DNA of 32,000 nt from an archaeon (GTDB lineage Archaea; Asgardarchaeota; Thorarchaeia; Thorarchaeales; Thorarchaeaceae): contig JAJRZD010000033.1 of assembly GCA_024275415.1 (NCBI GenBank), forward strand, positions 30,001 through 62,000, written 5' to 3'. This document shows, piece by piece, positions 25,297-32,000 of the stretch (position 1 is the stretch's first letter; each line of letters begins with the position of its first letter). The notes under the pieces are model-generated. The model was given only the letters and a program-made list of their open reading frames with translations, was not told where the DNA came from and made no database searches. Position numbers and translations under genes: made by a program.

Positions 25297-26496
25297 CTAT
25301 TGCTTGTCCATGAATCCCTCAAGTCGGTTCATGGCTTCCTCGATCATGTCAGGGGGCGGTAGGAATACGCTCCTGAAATGAGATGCGCCAAACTCGGGGT
25401 CGAACCCAGAGCCAGGTACGAACACGACTCCGGTTTCATCGAGGACTGACTTTACGAACTCTGTGTCGTCCTTCCATCTCCCTCGCAGGTCGATTTTAGG
25501 CATGATGTAGAATGCTGCCTCGGGGAGCCTTGTCGAGATGGAATCTATCTCGTTCAATCGCTTGTGGATGAGATCTCGTCGTTCCCTGAGCCCGACCATG
25601 GTTTCTTTGAGGTGTTCTCCATCGCTTCTCAACGCGGCGATAGATGCGACCTGTGCTGTCGCGTTCAGACATATCCTCACTCTTGCCTGCCGGATCATGG
25701 CATCGTACAGGGGGTCGAGTTCCCTGTCCGTGTCGTGGAAGTACGCATACCCGACTCTCCATCCAGGTGCTAGATACACCTTGCTGACTCCGTTAAAGCC
25801 GATGACTGGCACATCTCCTGCGATACTGACCATTGGGGTCTGGGGCTCGTCATAGGTCAGCTGGTCATAGATCTCGTCAGAGATGAGCGGAAGCCCGTGT
25901 TCACCAGCGATGTTCACTATCTCGCGCAGGGTCTTCTCGTTGTACACGGAACCGGTCGGGTTGTTCGGGTTGATGACAAGGATCGCCACAGTCTTGTCGG
26001 TAATCTTCTTTCGCAGGTCCTCAGGGTCTGGGTTCCAGTCTTCCTCCTCGATGGTGCGGTAGGTGACAGGTATGCCACCGAAGAACTTTACGTAACTGAT
26101 GTAGGGTGGATAGGACGGGCCTGGGATGAGGAACTCGGATCCGGGATGCACTAGAGCCCCGGTGAGGAACTGGATAGCCTCAGAAACCCCGGCTGTCACG
26201 AGGATACGCTCAGGGTCGATATCTATGCCGTTCACACGTTTTTCTTTTTCTGCAGCAGCCAGCCGGAGCTCGGGCTCGCCAGCAGAGGGCGAGTACCCGT
26301 TCCAGCCAAGTCTGGCGGCCTCGCATACCGCATCTACCATGAAGTCAGGCGTCTTCCAGTCATACTTGATTGGGTCACCAATATTCAGATAGAGGGGCTT
26401 ATCGCCTGTGCGTTTCTCATAACTTTTTGCTGCTACCACAATGTCGCGTATTGCATATTGCAGGTTTGATGCCCTTGGACTGATGTCGAGCTTCAT
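25297..26496 (-). CDS. PLP-dependent aminotransferase class I/II (alanine aminotransferase AlaA-like)
   Basis: YAIRDIV, LNIGDP, GYSPSAG..ELR, INPNNPTG, SDEIY and GVSKVYLAPGWRVG (PLP lysine). Start set at ATG 26496 (MKLDISPRA) rather than 26628. Confidence 0.92.
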   Translation of the reverse strand: MKLDISPRASNLQYAIRDIVVAAKSYEKRTGDKPLYLNIGDPIKYDWKTPDFMVDAVCEAARLGWNGYSPSAGEPELRLAAAEKEKRVNGIDIDPERILVTAGVSEAIQFLTGALVHPGSEFLIPGPSYPPYISYVKFFGGIPVTYRTIEEEDWNPDPEDLRKKITDKTVAILVINPNNPTGSVYNEKTLREIVNIAGEHGLPLISDEIYDQLTYDEPQTPMVSIAGDVPVIGFNGVSKVYLAPGWRVGYAYFHDTDRELDPLYDAMIRQARVRICLNATAQVASIAALRSDGEHLKETMVGLRERRDLIHKRLNEIDSISTRLPEAAFYIMPKIDLRGRWKDDTEFVKSVLDETGVVFVPGSGFDPEFGASHFRSVFLPPPDMIEEAMNRLEGFMDKQ

Positions 26497-26789
26497 ATCT
26501 TGCCCCTGTCCGTGAGGCAAGACTACCCACGTATATTGTTTACTGTCAAGGATATTAACTTTCGAGTAGTTGGCAGGACGAAAAGACCATGCTTGTCGTT
26601 GGTTTATTGTATGAATGGAATCATTCATTGCATTTTGCGGCTCACCACATGCACTTGCTGTTACATGTCAATCTCGCAGTCGAGAAAAGAGGTTTCGTAG
26701 TCCAAAGAGATACGCAATCTACGAACTATAATCCTCTCCTTGATGACATGCTTATAAGCGTCGAACGTGTAAGAAGGATAAGAGCGAAC

Positions 26790-27674
26790 ATGACCGTTGA
26801 GAAGCCTGATGACAAGACCGCAGAGAAGGTCATTGCCGCATTGGAGAGGAACCCCCTACTCCGTACTAGGCTCTTGCAGGTGATCGAACCCGGCGAATAT
26901 GTGAAACGTGATGAGCTGGCCGAGGTTCTGAAGGAGATCCGTGTTCTACGAGAGGATCAAGCGAAACGTTTCGAGGCTATGGACAAGCGCTTCGAGGCCA
27001 TGCAGAAACACTCTGACGAGCGTTTCGAGGCTATGCAGAAGCAGCTTGATGACCGTTTCGAAGCTATGGACAAACGTTTCGAGGCCATGCAGAAACAGAT
27101 TGACAAGCGCTTCGAGGCTATGCAGAAGCAGCTTGATGACCGTTTCGAAGCTATGGACAAACGTTTCGAGGCTATGCAGAAACAGATTGACAAACGCTTC
27201 GAAGCCGTGGACAAGCGTTTTGAAACAATGGACAAGCGCTTCGAAGCTATGATTCAGGGGTTGCAAAAGGGCTTCGACACCGTGCGTCGTGATGTGGCCA
27301 CCATGTCCACCAGGTACGGGCTTCGCCTGGAGGACATTTTCCGAGAGGTCTTCAGGGAGGCACTGTTGACTGAGGGGGTGGATCCCGAGAAGATCCGGCG
27401 ACTGGATGTCCTCGATGACGAAGGGGTGGTAGTGCCCCCGGGTGAGGTGACCGACATCGACATGATGGGAAGCGACTCCCAGTGTGTGTTCGTGGAGGTC
27501 AAGGCACACATGGACATGCACGACATCTGGCGGTTCCTCAAGGTGGTGAGGTTGGCAGAGGAACAGGAGAAGGTGAAAGCATCCAAGCTGATAGCCGTGA
27601 CGCTGGACATCTCGCCGAAGGACAAGGTCAAGGCTGAACGAATGGGAGTGAAGGTCATCACCTCAGAGGCATGA
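26790..27674 (+). CDS. coiled-coil repeat protein with C-terminal PD-(D/E)XK nuclease-like domain (DUF3782/DUF1626-type archaeal family)
   Basis: xRFEAM repeats, then YGLRLEDIFRE...TDIDMMG...VFVEVK...DIWRF...AERMGVKVI. Start likely ATG 26790. Confidence 0.8.
   Translation: MTVEKPDDKTAEKVIAALERNPLLRTRLLQVIEPGEYVKRDELAEVLKEIRVLREDQAKRFEAMDKRFEAMQKHSDERFEAMQKQLDDRFEAMDKRFEAMQKQIDKRFEAMQKQLDDRFEAMDKRFEAMQKQIDKRFEAVDKRFETMDKRFEAMIQGLQKGFDTVRRDVATMSTRYGLRLEDIFREVFREALLTEGVDPEKIRRLDVLDDEGVVVPPGEVTDIDMMGSDSQCVFVEVKAHMDMHDIWRFLKVVRLAEEQEKVKASKLIAVTLDISPKDKVKAERMGVKVITSEA
26964..27251 (+). repeat. coding tandem repeat of 21-nt and 33-nt units, including an 87-nt near-exact duplication
   Basis: Units 7,11,11,7,11,11,7,11,7,7,(6) aa = 96 aa. 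The 87-nt blocks starting at 27024 and 27111 differ at 2 positions. Confidence 0.95.
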
Positions 27675-27689
27675 CAGCGGTCAGGCAAC

Positions 27690-28637
27690 TCAACACAGTT
27701 CCAACAATGGCGTTGCAGCGTATGTAATTTCGTAGTGCTGTCCAGTTTTATCGTCACACCCGCTGGCAAAAAAACGTGAACATCCTCTTGGGAGTTCATG
27801 TCCTCTGGAATTGAAATCCACGAGCCGAAAGATATACTCTGCCATACCTGCACTGATATACGTGGGGAGTTCTACAGCATCGGTTTTAGACATGTTCCGC
27901 ACTTTGATACTGAACCCGATATCTATAAGGGCATTCTTCAGACCTGCAAGCTCGACCATCGCTCAGTAGCGTTCCAAGCCAAGACTCCGTACAATCTCGA
28001 ACCCATAAGTCGTCAGGACGAGATGGCTAAGATCCAGTTTCTTTTGCCTCCTATGGATGGTGACTGCCTCCATCTCCTTCTGCCGTAGAGTGATGATCTG
28101 CTCTGCCACTCCGGCAAGTTCGTCAACATCAGATACGGATTCCAGAAGAACATCGATGGTGATACCTCCCCTTCCGATCTGCTCTATAAAGCACTCGATG
28201 AGTTCCTTGCGGACGATCTCCTCGAAGTCCGGTTCCTCCTATCCTTGCATAGTTCTTTCAAACCTCTCGATATCGATATCCAGCAACCCCGCCCAGTGAA
28301 GTCCGAGGGCAGAAAAGGTGCATTGGACGAGATGGTGTACTTTCCATACAGGTTCGAATTCCACGACTCTCGGTAAGAGTTGCACGATGACCTTGATAGA
28401 CCGTTTGGACGAGAAGGGAAATTCGGTTCTTGTGTAGTCGGTATGAAACTTGGGAATCACCCGTTTCCAAGTGTCAGTAGAAAGGATGGATTCAAGAATC
28501 AGTAGTCCGTTTTCGTCGAACCCTACTAATTCAACTTCTCTCAACCGTTTATTGTAAGTTGTACAGACTTGACACCAGAGTGTTGTACTCCCAGAGAACG
28601 GCACTGGGTGGACTCTGCGAGGCCGTTTGCGTGTCAT
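27690..28637 (-). pseudogene. hypothetical protein frame interrupted by in-frame TAG and TGA
   Basis: ORFs 28239..28637 and 27690..27959 are in the same frame. The segment between reads ...ERTMQG*EEPDFEEIVRKELIECF...LDLSHLVLTTYGFEIVRSLGLERY*AMVELAGLKNAL... with stops at 28239-28241 and 27963-27965. Confidence 0.65.
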
Positions 28638-28869
28638 GCCGACCTCATACTCCTGTGGGAGTGCTCGAGTCTATAAAGCCCTATAAATTACTTCAAGTGT
28701 TCATCTAAGGGATGTCCACGTTTGGGTAACGTGTAGCGCAGCTGTTTGCAACCTTTTTTCCCGTGTCATATCCATGGCGATTAGCCCGCACCCCATGAAT
28801 CGTTACATACCTTTTCATAGCAAACCAACTGTATCACCGAGCCGATTTGGATAAATATTTTTGCGAGTT

Positions 28870-29290
28870 TTAGTTTCTGTCCAATAGATCACTTCTCGCA
28901 ACACTCCAAGAAGTCCAGACGGTGGATGTTGTGAAGCAGCACCTCTCCATCAACCGACTCCGCATCCGTGTGGTATCTCTCAGATCCTTAATGGTTCCCG
29001 TAGGGACGTAGGAAGATCTCACAAATCCAGCTCTGAGCAGGACGACCAACCAGACACAGTCCTTCAGGTCGGTTTTGTGCGATGACATGTCCTTGACCTG
29101 TCGGGCATAGTTTAATAGTTTCATTCCAGTCATGCTACGTGACCTCCTAGTTTTATCTAGGACTGTTGCCGGACTAACATTACAATTTTCAATACGTGTC
29201 CGCAACACAAATGGATAACTTCATCTGTTCGTTTCAGGTCATTTCTCACACCGTCGTCCAGATGGCAGAGTCTACTCCAATCAGTCTAGT
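28870..29290 (-). mobile_element. degenerate IS110-family transposase remnant
   Basis: NYARQVK...KTDLKDCVWLVVLLRAGFVRSSYVP...IKDLRDTTRMRSRL matches the IS110 DEDD-domain segment (KTD..DA.WL..LL..G....S.VP....ELR.L.R.R). Flanking frames are broken by stops and shifts; boundaries are approximate. Confidence 0.7.
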
Positions 29291-29343
29291 CTTGAAAGAG
29301 CATAGTATGGGAACGCACTCATGTTTTTTCACACGGGGCCCAG

Positions 29344-31023
29344 ATGAAGGATACTCTTATATTATCGAAAAGATTAACTAAACGAATTATGTGCTTTGTA
29401 AGTGAGGACTACATTTGCTCAATATTTACCCAGCCATCCAGATCCAATTTCTTTGTAGATCTTAAGGGGAAGACAGATGTTCTGATACCTACCTTCCTTA
29501 CCTTGAAAAAGATCGGAGTAAACAAGAATAGAAGTGTGGACTATAATGAGGATGCAGCACGTGAAGCCGTTTTCCTGCTTAATTGTCCATATTTAAGCAC
29601 AGAACCCCATCCTGAGAATAAATACCTTATCAATCCATTCAGCCGCAGCTTTATCAAGACGACCGGAGCGAAAAAATATTGGAGATCTGAATCACTAGAT
29701 AGATATGTAAAACTTGGCAGTCACGGTTTATGCAATAACTATGTTGGTGGAGGTACTATATGGGATCGGATTTTAGCGACATCTGAAAAGTCTCCAATTA
29801 GGTTTCGGGTTAATTACATCGACGAAATTAAGAAAGCGTGTGGGATATCTTATAATAATCGAATAGACATAACGAAATTAGCCGGTTGGTGCTTTAGAGA
29901 AGTCTCATTTGATAAAGGTCTTTCTAAAAATGAGTTAACTCAGTCTGCAATAGAGCTGTTTCTTGGTACATTTAATATCACTAACGAAGAAATGAAAGCA
30001 CTCTTCGAAATAACCGGAGATCTGATTCGATTCTCATCTAATCTACTAAACATGTCGAATGTGAGAGCCAACTGCTTCAACTTTGACCCTCCTGGATCAC
30101 TCATTAGCAATAAACTCATAGACATCGATGCGATGTCTATGGATAGGAGGCATTACTTTATGAGTTCAAATCCTAAACTTGAAAAAATCATAGAGATATT
30201 GAGAGAGAAAAAGCAACTAGTACTCTACGGACCTCCAGGTGTAGGCAAGACTTGGATCGCTAAGCAAATTGCCAAATGCAAAGATTGGAAGAAGACGGAA
30301 ATTGTGCAGTTTCATCCAAGTTATGGTTTTGAGCAGTTCATAGGAGGATATTTTCCAGTAAGTGAGTCTGATCCAGAGGGAAAAGATGTCAGCATTGCCT
30401 ATCGAGAAGGTATTCTTCTGCGGTTTATAGAACTGGCTGAGAAGGATCCAGCCTTGTTGATCATCGATGAGATAAATCGGGGCAACCTCTCAAAGATCCT
30501 TGGGGAGGCCATAATGGCTCTTGATCGTGGCTATGAGGTCAACATTGGCTCACATCCTAAAGAAAAAAAGCTAATTCTCCCAGATAATCTACATATCATT
30601 GGCACAATGAATTCGACAGATAGGAGTATTGCTTTCGTGGATTTTGCTCTTAGGAGAAGATTTGCTTTTGTAAGACTCGATCCAGATGCTGAAGTGATTC
30701 GTGAACACTATAAGAGAAACACAAGAATCGAGTCTGACGGCAAGAGCTTCGATCTAATCGATCTATTCGTTAAAATCAATGAGAGGATTGCCTGCCACGC
30801 TGCATTGGGAAGAGAATTTCAAATAGGCCATTCCTATTACATGCTTCAGATGAGTGACTTGAGTTTGTTCTATGATTCGTTCTTATATTTCATCTTACCA
30901 TTAGTGGAGGAATACTCGTACGGCAATCTATCAGTATTGACTGATATTCTTGGAGAACGTCTTCCTTATACTAAGAGTGAAGATGACTTTCTGGATGCCG
31001 TTATAGAGTATTTGGAATCATGA
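29344..31023 (+). CDS. mcrB: McrB-like AAA+ GTPase with uncharacterised N-terminal domain
   Basis: LYGPPGVGKT, VQFHPSYGFEQFIGG, LIIDEINRGNLSKILGE and GTMNSTDRSIAFVDFALRRRF (McrB NxxD signature). Confidence 0.92.
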   Translation: MKDTLILSKRLTKRIMCFVSEDYICSIFTQPSRSNFFVDLKGKTDVLIPTFLTLKKIGVNKNRSVDYNEDAAREAVFLLNCPYLSTEPHPENKYLINPFSRSFIKTTGAKKYWRSESLDRYVKLGSHGLCNNYVGGGTIWDRILATSEKSPIRFRVNYIDEIKKACGISYNNRIDITKLAGWCFREVSFDKGLSKNELTQSAIELFLGTFNITNEEMKALFEITGDLIRFSSNLLNMSNVRANCFNFDPPGSLISNKLIDIDAMSMDRRHYFMSSNPKLEKIIEILREKKQLVLYGPPGVGKTWIAKQIAKCKDWKKTEIVQFHPSYGFEQFIGGYFPVSESDPEGKDVSIAYREGILLRFIELAEKDPALLIIDEINRGNLSKILGEAIMALDRGYEVNIGSHPKEKKLILPDNLHIIGTMNSTDRSIAFVDFALRRRFAFVRLDPDAEVIREHYKRNTRIESDGKSFDLIDLFVKINERIACHAALGREFQIGHSYYMLQMSDLSLFYDSFLYFILPLVEEYSYGNLSVLTDILGERLPYTKSEDDFLDAVIEYLES

Positions 31024-31048
31024 TTACCAAATCCAGTTGGTGGTGGTA

Positions 31049-32000
31049 TTGTCGTTTCCAGAAATTTATTATGATAATCAGATAATCGAGCTTACCGAAA
31101 CTGAAGTGACCGAGTTATTGAGTGTCACAGAGAAACTTGATATCGATATCACTATTCAAAAGGTTGATGACCGCTATCTGTTCGTTCCTAGCGGTCTAGT
31201 TGGTACAGTGAGATTATCTACTCGAAGTGTGATTATTGCTCCACGCCATTCTGTATTTGACTTCGATGTTATACTTCGTATGTGGCTTTTTGTGAACTTT
31301 GGAAACCTTGACATGCCATTATCCCACTTAGACACAAAACCCGATAATCTTGCCAGCTATGTAATCTCACTATTCCTCAATGAGCTAAACCGTATTAGCT
31401 CACTACGTGCGAGGTATATCCAATACATAGAATCTCTACCGTATCTACGTGGGAACCTAAAGCTCCCAGAACATCTTATCCAGAGCATTGGTCAACCCTT
31501 TTCGCTTCTCTGTGTATATGATGACTTAACCCTCGATAATCCCATAAATCAGATGCTTGCATCTGCCATCCGAAAGGTGAAGCGATCTGGCTTTGGCTCG
31601 GACAGCTTCTTGCTGAATCGACTGTTGAATCGTTTCAAAATCATATCAAATCTTTCTGGCTCTGACAATGATTCACGATTAGATTCGATAATAGCCCACG
31701 CACGCAGTTCGTCCATAGACAAGCATTACGAATTGGTTCTGACTCTCGCGAAAGTGATTCTCCTCGACCTAGGTAGCACTGTTGGTGTAGGAGGTAGTGT
31801 GATACAAGCATTTCTTGTGAACTATGATTCCCTTTTTCAAGATTTTGTCACAAAAGTTCTAATGAATTTCACAAACATAAAACTAACACCTACACCAGAA
31901 ATTATTTATGCAGATTGGCAAGATGATTTGGGGCATGACCATATTAAGAAGATTCAACCAGACATCACTCATGCCTTCAATCCAGTAACTCAAACCTGTT
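31049..32000 (+). CDS. mcrC: McrC-like restriction nuclease subunit, runs off the window
   Basis: Not in the ORF track. Manual translation is open from about 31007 to the end: ...GLVGTVRL...IIAPR...YLRGNL...CVYDDLTLDNPINQML...FLVNYDSLFQDFV...IQPDI. Start uncertain (TTG 31049 after GGTGGTG, or GTG 31040/31043). Confidence 0.88.
   Translation, partial: MSFPEIYYDNQIIELTETEVTELLSVTEKLDIDITIQKVDDRYLFVPSGLVGTVRLSTRSVIIAPRHSVFDFDVILRMWLFVNFGNLDMPLSHLDTKPDNLASYVISLFLNELNRISSLRARYIQYIESLPYLRGNLKLPEHLIQSIGQPFSLLCVYDDLTLDNPINQMLASAIRKVKRSGFGSDSFLLNRLLNRFKIISNLSGSDNDSRLDSIIAHARSSSIDKHYELVLTLAKVILLDLGSTVGVGGSVIQAFLVNYDSLFQDFVTKVLMNFTNIKLTPTPEIIYADWQDDLGHDHIKKIQPDITHAFNPVTQTC

Noticed and set aside
26589-26789. 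N-terminal extensions in the ORF track for 26589..27674 and 25297..26628
   Set aside because: The two extensions would overlap head-to-head and are not protein-like; internal ATGs at 26790 and 26496 fit the families better.
26964-27251. Regularly spaced nucleotide repeats resembling a CRISPR array
   Set aside because: Units are in-frame multiples of 3 with synonymous variation, have no unique spacers and lie inside a CDS; no cas genes nearby.
31020-31085. ATGA-overlap start for mcrC
   Set aside because: The frame from ATG 31020 closes after 21 codons; the McrC-like sequence is in a different frame.

Overview
Archaeal chromosomal window of about 28 genes, most likely from an Asgard archaeon and plausibly Thorarchaeia. 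This is inferred from a Roadblock/LC7 gene, a pair of longin + winged-helix genes, a gelsolin-like gene, archaeal-type Cdc48 and GGTG/GGAGG ribosome-binding sites; no marker gene is present to confirm it. Bases 1-27.7 kb hold core-like genes: FAD oxidoreductases, an Alg14/Alg13 pair, a transglutaminase-like protein, AmmeMemoRadiSam radical SAM, DUF2797, a NifB-like radical SAM, an AN1 zinc finger-M50 protease fusion, Hsp20-Cdc48, a GH38 mannosidase and a PLP aminotransferase. They are interspersed with candidate eukaryotic-signature proteins. The strongest lead is a tandem paralog pair with NPRL2/NPRL3 (GATOR1)-like architecture about 0.8 kb from a Roadblock gene. A second lead is a co-directional run of V4R-like, polyproline membrane, gelsolin-like and SNAP-like-solenoid/Ig genes. 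From about 27.7 kb the window becomes an accessory region: a frame broken by two in-frame stops, an IS110 remnant and an AT-richer McrBC-like restriction locus running off the end. No rRNA, tRNA or CRISPR array was seen. All family calls come from motif recognition by eye; no database searches were run.
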